Assembly: GCA_965223325.1 (NCBI GenBank)
Contig: CBDCWI010000002.1
Span: 1,568,001-1,632,000 of the forward strand
Direction: 5' to 3'
From: Candidatus Multivoradales bacterium
GTDB taxonomy: Bacteria > Acidobacteriota > Thermoanaerobaculia > Multivoradales > Multivoraceae
Length of the DNA: 64,000 nucleotides
Positions 28,781 through 39,134 of the stretch are shown here, in pieces. The notes beneath the pieces were generated by a model. The model saw nothing but the letters and a program-made list of their open reading frames with translations. It was not told where the DNA came from and searched no databases. The position numbers and the translations under genes were made by a program. The stretch's first letter is position 1. Each line of letters opens with the position of its first letter.

Positions 28781-31611
28781 GCATCTCCCTCGTCGTCTGA
28801 CGGTGCATGCGGGTCGACCCCCACGATGCGCGTGCCGGCAACGGCCTGGGCGATGGGAGTCGCCGAGGTGATGCCATCGACCATCGAGCCGAGGCCGAAA
28901 ACACCGCTCAAACCACCCAGGGGCAGGGCCTGGGCCCCGTGGCTGACCAGGCGAATCGCGTCGCGGTCACCGTAGGCGCAGTACAAAGCCGGACCACTGG
29001 CTGCCTTGAGCTCTTCGAGAGCCTGAACCTGCGCCTCGTCGAGTAGGTCCGTCTGCGGCAGCTTGCCGGCGAACTCACCCATCAACTCGCCGAGCCGGTT
29101 CCACACCAGCGCCGAGAAGTCGAGGTAGCCGTCGGGGGGCAGGAGCTCACGGAAGGCGGCCGACTCGACCAGGGAAGCGCCGGAGTCACGCACCTGAATG
29201 GCACGCTCGAGAAGCGGTCGACTGGCGGCGGCGACCATGTAGCCGTCGACGAAGGTGTAGTGAATCTCAGACATCGTCAGTTCCAGACCGGACATTGGGT
29301 CGAGGATACCGTCCTCGGACTCCTCGCTCCCACTTTCTCCCCAGAGCCTGTAGAACGTGCGGCCTGAGACATTGGTTTCAGAAATCCCGATCGAGGCGTC
29401 ACTCGCTTCGGCCGCAATGTGCTCCGCGAGGCGCGCGACCATGGTCTCCAGGCTTGCCTGCAGGGTCGCTTCGTCGTAGACCTCGACGACCGCTTTCCAT
29501 GACGGCTGCGGTAGCGCCGGACCATCCAGGCCAACGGCCATTTCACCGCCGAGAGGCGCCAGCAGGTCATCCACCAGGCGCACGCCGGTCTTGGCTTCGA
29601 AGTCTGCGAGACCGTGCGACACCGCCTCGCCATCTCCATCTTCGTCGGTGCCCGTCGCGCGCGCTGTCGCGAAGCCGAGCATCTCGGCGAACAGTTCCGC
29701 TGGATCGCGAACCACCGTCGCCGCAACGACCGTGGTGTCGGCGGAGAAAAAGTCGAGCGCACCCATTGGGCCCGGCTCGGCTAGCCAGGACATGACGCCG
29801 TGCCGGTCGCCGTCGAACGACAGCGACGCACTCAGCTGGGCGCGTTGACCGTCGGCGCGGCGCTCGACGATGAGGTGGCGAACGTTGTCGAGACCGACCA
29901 TCTCTAACGCCTCGGAGTCGAAGTCTTCGGCGGTCTGGACAGCGGCCATCAGACGCTCGAGATCGACCGCCGCCAGGAACTGCGCACCCTCGACGTAGGA
30001 AGCCGCGAGGCGATCGTAGAACGCCGTCCCAACGAACGGATTGGTGGTGCCATCGGCAAACGCGGTGACCTGCTGCAGGACGCGCGGCTCACTCGAGATC
30101 ACCAACAGATCGTCGCTGATCCAGATCGACAGCTGATCGGGCTGGGCGGCCGCCGGGTCATCCAGGAAGACCACCTCGTCGCCGTCGATGTCCTCGCCGG
30201 CTGCCCGCGCTTCGGCCAACAACTCGTCGACCTTCTCTTCGAGAATCACCCGTAGAGCCGTCCGGTCATAGACCTCAGAGGTCAACAGGAACCATCCATC
30301 ACTGTCGGTCAGGGCATGCCCCGTGCCCACGGCGACCACGGTCTCCTCTCCGAGCTGATCGCTGACATCACCCAACCAACCCATGAAGTCGTCGAGCTCT
30401 GCTCGATCCTCCGACGCCGAGAACTCCTGCCACATCGCACCCAGCTGCTCACTCTCGGTCAGCTTCTCGGTAACTGCCACGTAGGCGTCCGAGATCTTGG
30501 CGGTGGCGTTGGGAACGGCGATGTATACCGTGGCATCGGCCGGGGCAAGGTCGAGCAGGCGGGTCGAGTAGCGCGGCGCGCTGGCCATCGCCTGGGCGAA
30601 CTCCTGCTGCAGACTGCTGAGCTCGCGAAGCATGGCGATGTACTCGTCGGCATCGCGACTCCACGCCACTTCTTCTTCCAACGGAACATGGGCAAGAGCC
30701 GCCCGACTGGCGAGCTGGCCACCCGGCAACAGACTCTGGGAAGCCGAGCCGCTCAGGACCTCGACTTCGCCCTCGATCACCGAAACGCGCGAGCCCTTGG
30801 TGCCGTGGCTGACCCCGAAGATCGTCCCCTTGACGGTTGCGGTGAGCTCCTGGGTCTGGACCTTCAAGGTGCCACGCTTCTGCTTGGCGGCCCGCACGAT
30901 CACCTGCCCACGGTCGACGACCACACGGTCGCCACCGAGGCGGCGGAAGACACGAACCTCCGAGCGCTCGTCGACCTCGACGCGCGAACCGTCGCGCAGT
31001 TCGAGGACGGCCCGAGAGCCCTTGGCGGTGCGGAACTGCCGCTTGCCGTCGAGCAAGGTGCCCACCGGCACCGGCACCAGTTCGTCGTTCTCGACCTCGA
31101 AGAGGTTGCCATCGACGGTCACCACGCTGGCGACCTCGGCTTGTGGCATCGGCACCAGGTCGGGGGCGAAGGCGAACACTGAAAGCGCTCCTGCGAGGAG
31201 TACAACAGCGGCGGCCAACCAGCCACGCCGACTGCCCGCCTCCTCGACCTCGACGGGACCGCTTTCTGCCATTGCCTCAGCCGCGCGCGCCTCGCGGGCG
31301 GCACTGAGCTGCCGTCGAAGCGTCACCGATGAGCGCGCCTCTTCCTCGAACATCAGACGCTGGTTCTCACTCAGCTCGCCATCGAGATACGCCGGAATGC
31401 GAGCGGCGAAGTCGTCGACGGGAGACGTCACCAGGACCTGTTCAGCAGGCGAAGCTTCGCCCAGCGTGCCATCGTCGTAGGCCGCACCCGATTCGAGCAG
31501 CTTCCGGACGCGGTCGACTGCCGCTGTCTCGAGCTCAGCCTCGGGACGCTCGTCGCGCACCGCTTCGATTGCCTCATCCAACAGGTCTTCCATGTTCTCG
31601 TGTTGCTTCAT
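28771..31611 (-). CDS. Large anti-sigma/FecR-domain protein with long periplasmic C-terminal region
   Basis: Anti-sigma-like [13 protein letters not shown], Fec[35 protein letters not shown]; ATG 31611. Confidence 0.8.
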   Translation of the reverse strand: MKQHENMEDLLDEAIEAVRDERPEAELETAAVDRVRKLLESGAAYDDGTLGEASPAEQVLVTSPVDDFAARIPAYLDGELSENQRLMFEEEARSSVTLRRQLSAAREARAAEAMAESGPVEVEEAGSRRGWLAAAVVLLAGALSVFAFAPDLVPMPQAEVASVVTVDGNLFEVENDELVPVPVGTLLDGKRQFRTAKGSRAVLELRDGSRVEVDERSEVRVFRRLGGDRVVVDRGQVIVRAAKQKRGTLKVQTQELTATVKGTIFGVSHGTKGSRVSVIEGEVEVLSGSASQSLLPGGQLASRAALAHVPLEEEVAWSRDADEYIAMLRELSSLQQEFAQAMASAPRYSTRLLDLAPADATVYIAVPNATAKISDAYVAVTEKLTESEQLGAMWQEFSASEDRAELDDFMGWLGDVSDQLGEETVVAVGTGHALTDSDGWFLLTSEVYDRTALRVILEEKVDELLAEARAAGEDIDGDEVVFLDDPAAAQPDQLSIWISDDLLVISSEPRVLQQVTAFADGTTNPFVGTAFYDRLAASYVEGAQFLAAVDLERLMAAVQTAEDFDSEALEMVGLDNVRHLIVERRADGQRAQLSASLSFDGDRHGVMSWLAEPGPMGALDFFSADTTVVAATVVRDPAELFAEMLGFATARATGTDEDGDGEAVSHGLADFEAKTGVRLVDDLLAPLGGEMAVGLDGPALPQPSWKAVVEVYDEATLQASLETMVARLAEHIAAEASDASIGISETNVSGRTFYRLWGESGSEESEDGILDPMSGLELTMSEIHYTFVDGYMVAAASRPLLERAIQVRDSGASLVESAAFRELLPPDGYLDFSALVWNRLGELMGEFAGKLPQTDLLDEAQVQALEELKAASGPALYCAYGDRDAIRLVSHGAQALPLGGLSGVFGLGSMVDGITSATPIAQAVAGTRIVGVDPHAPSDDEGDAWQ

Positions 31612-31656
31612 CGCTGTCGCTCCGTTGTCTTGCTCACTCCGAAAGGGGGATGTCTG

Positions 31657-31704
31657 GTTTCTGTAGAGAGTTTCTGTAGAGAGTTTCTGTAGAGAGTTTG
31701 TAGA
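31657..31704. repeat. 13-bp tandem repeat (GTTTCTGTAGAGA)x3 plus a partial copy
   Basis: Three exact units at 31657, 31670 and 31683, then GTTTGTAGA. Confidence 0.95.
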
Positions 31705-31727
31705 ACGTCCGAGGGACCGTCGAGCGG

Positions 31728-32327
31728 TCATGCCTCAGCCAGCATTTCCTTGAGCCGGCTGCGAGCGCGGTGGAGGGTGACGGCAACCGTCGATCGGCTG
31801 GTTCCGAGCATGTTGGCGATCTCGGTGTTGCCGTAGCCCTCGAAGTAACGCAAGGCGAACATCTCGGCGGCGTTCTCATTGAGCCTGCCGAGGGCGGAGC
31901 GCAGTCGAGCGCCGAGCTCGCGCCCTTCCGCACGACGATCGGGGCCGGGTGCAGACTCACGATCGACCGCATCGAGGTCGCTGTCTGCCTCTTCGAGGTC
32001 TACCCGTCCAGAGCGCTTGCGCGCCCGCAACAAGTCGAGGCCGGCGTTGATCGCCGCTCGGTGCAGGTAGCTGCCGGCTGTCGACCCGAGGTCGAAGGGT
32101 TCAGCGCGCCGCGCCAGCCGCAGGAAGATCGTCTGCAGGACGTCTTCGGCATCAGAGGCGCTACCGGTGACCCGGTAGGCGACCCGATAGACCCGCTGAT
32201 GATGCTCGTCAAACAACATTTTCAGATACTCCTCCGGGGCCAGGCCCGCTCCACTGCGGGATTGTTCCGGGGTTGGCTCGCTCATGGCTGCTGCACTCAC
32301 TGCGGTTTCGCTCCTCGTCCTTTGCAC
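31728..32327 (-). CDS. ECF RNA polymerase sigma-70 factor
   Basis: Region 2 DAEDVLQTIFL..YLHRAAIN; region 4 EIANMLGTSRSTVAVTLHRARSRL. Confidence 0.92.
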   Translation of the reverse strand: MQRTRSETAVSAAAMSEPTPEQSRSGAGLAPEEYLKMLFDEHHQRVYRVAYRVTGSASDAEDVLQTIFLRLARRAEPFDLGSTAGSYLHRAAINAGLDLLRARKRSGRVDLEEADSDLDAVDRESAPGPDRRAEGRELGARLRSALGRLNENAAEMFALRYFEGYGNTEIANMLGTSRSTVAVTLHRARSRLKEMLAEA

Positions 32328-32387
32328 TTAGGAGAACGGACCAGAAGCGGTTCGATTAACGTTTTCGAAGGGGCTTCGTCCCAGATG

Positions 32388-33341
32388 CTACCCAGGATCC
32401 CCACCCGAGGCTCCTCGGGCATCGAAGGCAGCCTTGGCCAGGCTGCCGGAGAGAATCACCAGCCCGCCCAGCCAGGCGGTCACGCCAGGCGCCTCGCCCT
32501 GGAACCACCACGCCCAGAGCGGCGCCATGACGGGCTCGAGAAGCAGCAGAACCGAGGCCTGAAGAGCCGTCACGGCTCGCATTCCGGTAACGACGAGAAC
32601 GTAGCCCAGCCCCAGTTGCAGGGTCCCGAGGGCGGCAACCAGCAGCCAGTCGCCAGCCACGCCAGAGCTGAGAATCGCTAGCCCAGGCGTCGCCTCGCCG
32701 GCGGCGGACGGGCCGAGCGGTGCTCCACGAAAGAAAGGCACACACATCGCGAAGGCAAACCCGTTGCCCCAGGCCAGAGCGGCAGCACCCTCCCCGGACC
32801 GTGGGTCGTTGGTCGCCCAGGAGCGTTCGAGCGCGCGCAGGCCAAGCACGACCAGCGCGTAGCAAAGCCCACTTCCGGCGGCGATCCAGTTGCCGAGCAG
32901 TGGGTGAGGCGCCGTCTCCTGGATCTGCGAAGCGGTAAACAACTGCGGCCCGACCAGAAGGATCAGAAGGCCGAACATCAGCCAGGCCACCACCCCCCAG
33001 TCTCGACGACGCACCGGTTCCGCCAACCACCAGGGCGAAAGAAGCGCCACCCACAGCGGCGTCGCGGTCTGCAGAAAAATGGCGCTCGCGGCCGTCGTCA
33101 GTTTGTTGGCGTGAACGAACCCGATGACCGTCAGGGCGTAGGCGAGAGCGACCGCCGCGGTCGCGAGGGTCAAGCGCCGCCGGGCTCGAGGCAGCAACAG
33201 AACGACCACCAGTCCAGAGAACACCGAGCGCAGACCGGCGGTCTCCCAGCCGGTGAAATCGGTACCTTTGATGAGGGCACCGCCGGTCGAGAACAGGAGT
33301 GCGCCAGCCGCCAGCGCGACGAACCCCAGCGACCGCTTCAG
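32388..33341 (-). CDS. EamA/DMT family transporter (probable CTG start)
   Basis: LLFSTGGALIK, ANKLTTAASAIFLQ, LLEPVMAPLW; the frame extends upstream of the listed 33224 start to GGAGG-N7-CTG. Confidence 0.8.
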   Translation of the reverse strand: MKRSLGFVALAAGALLFSTGGALIKGTDFTGWETAGLRSVFSGLVVVLLLPRARRRLTLATAAVALAYALTVIGFVHANKLTTAASAIFLQTATPLWVALLSPWWLAEPVRRRDWGVVAWLMFGLLILLVGPQLFTASQIQETAPHPLLGNWIAAGSGLCYALVVLGLRALERSWATNDPRSGEGAAALAWGNGFAFAMCVPFFRGAPLGPSAAGEATPGLAILSSGVAGDWLLVAALGTLQLGLGYVLVVTGMRAVTALQASVLLLLEPVMAPLWAWWFQGEAPGVTAWLGGLVILSGSLAKAAFDARGASGGDPG

Positions 33342-33404
33342 GCCGAGTCCTCCGGGACCACCCGTCTGTCGTCACTCGAGCGGCTCGCCAAGCGGCTCAA
33401 AGCG

Positions 33405-33701
33405 TCAGGCACTCTCGATCCAGCGTTCGAACTCGCGATCGAGCGTTTGGGCGATCTTCTTCTTGAACGGTCTGAACACCCAGGGCAGGTCGAAGTCGAC
33501 CTCGAACGCACCGTCACGAACCCTGACCTCACCGTCTACCCTCCGACCAGTGACCTCAAAGCCCACCCGGGCGGTCTCCTCGTCGACCCAGTCGGTCTCG
33601 ATCGAGTACTCGGCATAGTGCTCGGCGTAGGTCTCGAAGGCCTGTCGGATCATCTTCTTGGCGCGCTTCTCTTCGAGCTGATGCGGCACGCGGTGTTTCA
33701 T
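33405..33701 (-). CDS. Polyhydroxyalkanoic acid system (PHA_gran_rgn)-like small protein
   Basis: VPHQLEEKRAK..VDFDLPWVFRPFKKKI. Confidence 0.6.
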   Translation of the reverse strand: MKHRVPHQLEEKRAKKMIRQAFETYAEHYAEYSIETDWVDEETARVGFEVTGRRVDGEVRVRDGAFEVDFDLPWVFRPFKKKIAQTLDREFERWIESA

Positions 33702-33740
33702 CGGTTGGCTCCCGGGGTGGTCAGCGAAGCTACGTGCAAC

Positions 33741-35414
33741 TTACCTCGAAAGTGAGCCTTCCGCGCCTGCCTCTCGAACCTCACCCGACCTGGAGTTCTC
33801 ACCCCCAAGGGAAGAGCCAACCGCCAAGAGATCCAGCACCGGATGCCGATCGAGAACGACTGGGTGGTTGTCGCCGTCGAGCACAACCAATGGGTAGGGC
33901 GCGAAGCCCGGTGAGGAGAGGTCGACCTGGGGGTCGTAGACACTGGAGTCGTAGAGCTCGGCCAGACCCAAGAGCGTGTGCGATAGCGAGTCCTGGGTGA
34001 GGAGGGTACGGCGGTTCCTTCGGAGGTTGTCGAGATGCTGCGGCCGTGACTCGGCGAACGCCTGGTTGTAGAAAAACAATAGGGGGACGTGGAGTTCGAA
34101 GACCGACAGCCCATTGACCCCGTGGAAGAGGACTCCCTTGCGGAGATTGAAGAACTCCTCGCCGTGGTCGGGCATGAAGGTGACGGTCGCCACGCCAGGG
34201 CTTTCTAGAACCGTTTCGACAATCTGGCCCAGGACACGATCGCCGTAGCGCACCGAGTTGTCGTAGCGATCCTGGTAGGTGGCGGTGCCAAAGACAGCCT
34301 CGGTAGCGGGGTAACGCTCGTCGTAGCGCCAGTGGCTACCGTTGAGGTGTACGACGATGAACTTTTGCTCGGCCGGCTCTGCGAGAAACTCCGTCACCAC
34401 CGGCAGCAAGTCGAGATCGAAGCGCGCTATCCCTTCGTCCGGAAGTCGAATGGTCTTCTGTGCGTCTGCCAGTACCGCAGCCGGAAGGTAGTCCCAGAAT
34501 GTTTCGGACTCCTGGTTCGACGCCACGTAGGTCGAGAACCCCGCCTCCCTGAACACCTTCAGCACCGAGGGAAACTCGTAGTAGCGCTCGAAATCTGCCG
34601 CACCACCAAGCGACAGCATCGAAGGCACTGCCACCCGGGTCAGGCTGGCCACAGACAAGGCACTCTCGAAGACAATCTTCCGGTGCCACTGGTCGATCAA
34701 GGGCGTTGTGTCCCGCTCGTAACCATAGGCCGACAGAGCCGCAGCCCGCAACGACTCCCCGATCACCAGCACATGGGTCTCGGGCTGCTCCGAGGTCCGC
34801 TCGGGTCCCTCGTACTCGTACAGCTGAGCGCGGAACCGGCCGACCTTCCTGCTCTCCTCGAGGTAGTCGGCGTGGCGTACCACAAACGAGAAAGGATAGA
34901 AGTCCGACAGGCTCCGACCGCCATGCAGCACCAGGAGACTGGCCATGCAACCGACGACCGCCACCGCCAGCAGGCTCCGTTCTCTGAGCGTCAGAGCCCG
35001 CTCAGGTCGCACGCGGGCCATGAACCACACCAAGCCGCCTCCTAGAGCTGCAATGCACAATGCGGGCAAAAGCACGAAAGGCGAGCCCGCCAGCTCGAGC
35101 ACCTCACGCGGATTCGTTTCGTACAACGACGCAAAGACCTGAAAGTTAAGGTTGCGGCGGGTGACCACCATGAAGGCGACCAGGGCCAGGGAGAGCAGCT
35201 GAAAGGGCAGAAAGATCCACACCGGAGGGCGCAGGATGCGTCCCAGCGCCGCGATCGCGGTCACCAGCAAGAGGAAGATCAAGAATGCCCGCGGGCTCTG
35301 CCAGACGACAACCTCGGCGAGGCACGGCAAAAGGGCGATCGCCGCCATCAGGGCGTAGAGGCGAAAGCCGCCATCGATCGCCCGGCGCGCCTCGCGCGCC
35401 CATCGATCGATCAA
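33741..35414 (-). CDS. Phosphoethanolamine transferase (EptA/CptA-like sulfatase superfamily); start uncertain
   Basis: N-terminal TMs, ETNPRE, VIGESLR, GYERDTTP, HLNGSH..YP, YDNSVRY, PDHGE. Confidence 0.85.
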   Translation of the reverse strand: MIDRWAREARRAIDGGFRLYALMAAIALLPCLAEVVVWQSPRAFLIFLLLVTAIAALGRILRPPVWIFLPFQLLSLALVAFMVVTRRNLNFQVFASLYETNPREVLELAGSPFVLLPALCIAALGGGLVWFMARVRPERALTLRERSLLAVAVVGCMASLLVLHGGRSLSDFYPFSFVVRHADYLEESRKVGRFRAQLYEYEGPERTSEQPETHVLVIGESLRAAALSAYGYERDTTPLIDQWHRKIVFESALSVASLTRVAVPSMLSLGGAADFERYYEFPSVLKVFREAGFSTYVASNQESETFWDYLPAAVLADAQKTIRLPDEGIARFDLDLLPVVTEFLAEPAEQKFIVVHLNGSHWRYDERYPATEAVFGTATYQDRYDNSVRYGDRVLGQIVETVLESPGVATVTFMPDHGEEFFNLRKGVLFHGVNGLSVFELHVPLLFFYNQAFAESRPQHLDNLRRNRRTLLTQDSLSHTLLGLAELYDSSVYDPQVDLSSPGFAPYPLVVLDGDNHPVVLDRHPVLDLLAVGSSLGGENSRSGEVREAGAEGSLSR

Positions 35415-35665
35415 CGGCCCAGGGTGATCAGAACGGAGTGCATGGGGCTCCCATGAGAGCAGAATCTGTGCCAAAAAGGCAGTCAACTGGCGACTATCCC
35501 GCCTAGAACCCTGAGAAAAGCGCGGTTTTTTAGACTGAGCTGCTAGAATCCAGGCGGGTTTGACCGGCGCCGGCCGGTTGAGGAGGACGTGCATTTCGGC
35601 ACCTTCTGACCCCTCCTCTCGACCAGGGACAAGCCCAACCCTCCCCTCCACAGGCCCTTCCTTCG

Positions 35666-37333
35666 ATGACCACTGAAACGACCGAGAGCTCGACCTCTTC
35701 GAGTACGGAAAAGCCCGCAAGCGGAGACACCGTCTCGTTCCGCATGGGCGCTGCGGTCGGTGCCCCTTACTCGGAGCAGTCGACGTTCCGGCGCGGCGCC
35801 GTCCTCCAGAATCGTTTCAAGATCCTGCGCTTCATCGCCAAAGGCGGAGCCGGCGAGGTCTACGAGGCCCACGATCTCGAGTTGCGCTGTCCCGTGGCGC
35901 TCAAGGTCTCGCGCCCCGAGATCTGCGACAACGAGAATGCCATTGAGCGCTTTCGGCGCGAGATTGCGCTCGCCCGCCAGGTGACGCATCCCAATGTCTG
36001 CCGCATCTTCGACGTCTTCCGCCAGGAGATTCCGTCGTCGCGGCCGGGAGGGTCGCCACGCGAGACGCTGTTTCTCACCATGGAGCTGCTCAACGGCGAG
36101 AGCCTGGCCTCACGCATCCACCGGTTGGGACCGATGGAGCGCGAAGAGGCCCTGCCGCTGATCGAGGGGATGATCGCAGGACTCAATGCGGCCCATCGGG
36201 TCGGCGTCATTCACCGCGACTTCAAATCGGCCAACGTCGTGCTGGTCGAAGAACTCGAAGGAACACGCGCCGTCATTACGGACTTCGGCCTCGCGCGCGG
36301 CCACATTCCAGACCCGGGCGCCGAAGACATCACCATGTCGGGAACCGTCGTCGGAACGCCCAACTACATGTCACCCGAACAGCTCACCGGCGGCGACATC
36401 ACTCCCCAGACCGATATGTACGCCCTGGGAATCGTGATCTACGAGATGATGACCGGCAAACGCCCGTTTACCGGCGAGACCGACCTGTCGACCGCCGTCA
36501 AGCGCCTGACCGAGGCACCGGCCTCACCCAGACTGCACGCGCCGAACCTCGAGTCGATCTGGGAAAACACCATCTTGCGATGCCTCGAGCGCGACCCCGA
36601 GGATCGCTTCCCCACTCTCTCGGACATTCCAAAGGCCCTCTCGGGACACTCTCAAGCCACTCAGGTGCCTTCCCTGCAACGCGAGAGCCGACGGCGCTTT
36701 GCCTGGATCGCCGCCATCGTCCTCCCGGTGGCCGCAGCCCTGCTTCTGCTCTTTTCGATTGCCCGCGGCGGCGAGGACGGAACGTCGTTCGGCCTCGGCG
36801 AAGTGGCGTCGGCGCGCGTGGCGCTGCTCGACCTGCGCAACCTGTCGGGTGCTCCGGAGGGCGCCTGGCTGACCACCGGGATTCCCGAGATGATCGCCGG
36901 CGAGCTGGCCACCTCCGGCGACCTCGAGTTGATTCCACCGGAGAACGTGCGCGCAACGGTTGAGACGATGGCGGTGCAAGCCGGAACAGGACTGGCGAGC
37001 GAGACCGTCGGCGCCCTGCGCGACGCTCTCGGCGCCGAGCTGCTCGTCGAAGGCGGCTTCGTCCGCCTACCCGACGGCAACCTGCGGGTGCAACTGCGCG
37101 TTCACGACCCCCAGGGAGCCATCCTGACCGTCACCGAGCAGGGCACCGAGGATCAGATTTTCGATGTCATCGCGAGGCTGGGAGAGCGCATTCGACGAGA
37201 GGCGTCTCCCCATGCTGGCCGTGCGCGGGGCGAACCGGCACGACCTCTGACTGCACCCGACGCGGCCACAGGCCTTCCCGCCGCTACGACTCCCCTGGAC
37301 AGTGCGGAAGAAACCGTAGCGAGCGACTCCTAG
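35666..37333 (+). CDS. Membrane Ser/Thr protein kinase with TolB-N/FlgO-like domain
   Basis: IAKGGAGEVY, VALK, HRDFKSAN, DFG, GTPNYMSPE; TM; VALLDLRNLSG..WLTTGIPEMI. Confidence 0.88.
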   Translation: MTTETTESSTSSSTEKPASGDTVSFRMGAAVGAPYSEQSTFRRGAVLQNRFKILRFIAKGGAGEVYEAHDLELRCPVALKVSRPEICDNENAIERFRREIALARQVTHPNVCRIFDVFRQEIPSSRPGGSPRETLFLTMELLNGESLASRIHRLGPMEREEALPLIEGMIAGLNAAHRVGVIHRDFKSANVVLVEELEGTRAVITDFGLARGHIPDPGAEDITMSGTVVGTPNYMSPEQLTGGDITPQTDMYALGIVIYEMMTGKRPFTGETDLSTAVKRLTEAPASPRLHAPNLESIWENTILRCLERDPEDRFPTLSDIPKALSGHSQATQVPSLQRESRRRFAWIAAIVLPVAAALLLLFSIARGGEDGTSFGLGEVASARVALLDLRNLSGAPEGAWLTTGIPEMIAGELATSGDLELIPPENVRATVETMAVQAGTGLASETVGALRDALGAELLVEGGFVRLPDGNLRVQLRVHDPQGAILTVTEQGTEDQIFDVIARLGERIRREASPHAGRARGEPARPLTAPDAATGLPAATTPLDSAEETVASDS

Positions 37334-38175
37334 AGGCGACCGGGGCGGCCACTGGAGGCGCGCCGGTTGGCCAGACGCTGCGACGCCAGCAGGATGAGCA
37401 GCAGGCCGAGGAGGGCCAGACCGGCCCCCGACAGGGTCGGAACCTGGATCGCCAGTTGCGAGGTCGTCACCCGAATCAACGCCGCCCGGTGACCGGTGAA
37501 GGTCGGCGCGGCGCTGTCGAGGGCGTTGCCCCAGGTGAAGAAGAGATCTTCGCGCAAGAACAGCGGGATCTCGGGAGTCGTAGGTGTCCAGTCCGCACAC
37601 ACGAAGAAGAAGTCCTCGGCCGAAGGATCCCAGCGCACTCCGATATAGACCGGATCGGTCGCCAACGGGACACTGTCGACGGGCACTTCGTAGAAGGCGC
37701 CCGTGATCCCGGAGGGAACGCCGGTAGCAGAGGCGGCTCGAGAGTAGTAGGGCTGTTCTGCCGGCTTACCTCCGACGTCGGCATAGAACACCAGCTCGAA
37801 GTCGATCTCCTGGTCCGCACGGGTTCGCAGCCAACAAACACAAACCGAGTCGACTCCAGTACGGGGCGCGCCGGAGAACTCCTGCACGTACTCACCCTGG
37901 ACGACGCTCGGAACCCAGCCGTAGCCGTTCTCGACCGTGCCGTCGTCGTTGACGATGCCATCGTCACAAGCGGCGACCGGGGTGAACGATCCGCGCCCCG
38001 GTTCACTGGCGCGAGCAGCGCGCTCCCCGCCCTCTGCCGCCGCGGGCATGACCGAGACCACCATCAGACACATGAGCGAGGCGACGAGGTGGCGTGCTTG
38101 GCACGGGCTGGCAGCCGAAGGAAGGGTCAAAGGTCCGGACTCCGATACTTGAATGAGCTTGATAGAGAGGACCAT
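37330..38175 (-). CDS. Secreted protein with IPTL-CTERM-like sorting signal
   Basis: DDGTVENGYGW; C-terminal QVPTLSGAGLALLGLLLILLASQRLANRR. Confidence 0.7.
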   Translation of the reverse strand: MVLSIKLIQVSESGPLTLPSAASPCQARHLVASLMCLMVVSVMPAAAEGGERAARASEPGRGSFTPVAACDDGIVNDDGTVENGYGWVPSVVQGEYVQEFSGAPRTGVDSVCVCWLRTRADQEIDFELVFYADVGGKPAEQPYYSRAASATGVPSGITGAFYEVPVDSVPLATDPVYIGVRWDPSAEDFFFVCADWTPTTPEIPLFLREDLFFTWGNALDSAAPTFTGHRAALIRVTTSQLAIQVPTLSGAGLALLGLLLILLASQRLANRRASSGRPGRL

Positions 38176-38265
38176 GAGACACGGCCACCGAAGCGAACCA
38201 CGAACCGGTACCCAGAAGAGGCCGAAAAGGCCTAAGCGGAGGTCTACGAAGAATCAGTGCCCACT

Positions 38266-39114
38266 CTACCCCCGCAACGGGGCCACGAGGGAGGCAACCT
38301 CCTTCTCGAGTTTCTTGGCCACCGCAGCGCGACGCTCACCGCTGGCGACGGCGTCCTCGACCAGTCGCACCAGGGCACTGCCAACCACCACCCCATCGGC
38401 CACCTGGCCGACTTGCGCGACTTGTTCGGGGGTCGAGATTCCGAAACCGACCGCGATCGGCCGCTTGATGTCGCGTCGCAGATCCTTGACCTCTCTGTGC
38501 AGCTCGCCGCGCACCTCTTTCTGCTCCCCGGTGACGCCGGCGCGCGAAACGTAGTAGACGAAGCCCCGCGAGACCTCACCGGCCCGTCGAACACGTGTCC
38601 GGGTGCTCGTCGGCGCGACCAGGAAGATCGGGTCGAGCTCCTCGCTGGCGAAGGTCGGCACCACTTCCCGTACTCCCTCCTCGGGCGGCAGATCGACACA
38701 GAGCACACCGTCGACGCCGCTCGCCGCCGCCTGGCTGGCGAAGCGCCCGAGTCCCTTCGCCATCAGGGGGTTCAGGTAGCTGAACAGAACAATCGGGACC
38801 CCCAGCGCATGGCGGCGTCGGGAGATGAGCTCGAGGACCGCATTCAAACGCGTTCCCGCCTCGAGAGCACGGTGGGCAGCGCGCTGATTGACCGGGCCAT
38901 CAGCAATCGGGTCACTGAACGGGATGCCCAGTTCGATGACGTCGGCACCACCGGCAACGAGCGCGTCGAGCAGCACCTCGGTGGCCTGAAGGTCCGGGTC
39001 ACCCGCAACCAGAAAGGGAATGAAGGCCGCCCGACCCTCTGCTCGCGCGCTGGCCATGGCGTCGCCGATCGGCCCTGGGTCGTGGACGAGTTTCTTGCCT
39101 GGCTTGTTGACCAT
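38266..39114 (-). CDS. trpA: Tryptophan synthase alpha chain
   Basis: FLVAGDP, IELGIPFSDPIADGPVNQ, GVTG, VGFGIS. Confidence 0.96.
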   Translation of the reverse strand: MVNKPGKKLVHDPGPIGDAMASARAEGRAAFIPFLVAGDPDLQATEVLLDALVAGGADVIELGIPFSDPIADGPVNQRAAHRALEAGTRLNAVLELISRRRHALGVPIVLFSYLNPLMAKGLGRFASQAAASGVDGVLCVDLPPEEGVREVVPTFASEELDPIFLVAPTSTRTRVRRAGEVSRGFVYYVSRAGVTGEQKEVRGELHREVKDLRRDIKRPIAVGFGISTPEQVAQVGQVADGVVVGSALVRLVEDAVASGERRAAVAKKLEKEVASLVAPLRG

Positions 39115-39134
39115 CTTCCTCTTTTTCGAGCGCT

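Noticed and set aside
31657-31704. CRISPR array
   Set aside because: Contiguous 13-bp units with no spacers, and no cas genes in the window
33741-35720. Mobile colistin resistance (mcr) gene; 659-aa length
   Set aside because: Chromosomal context with no adjacent IS and only family-level motifs; the upstream extension overlaps the divergent kinase and promoter region
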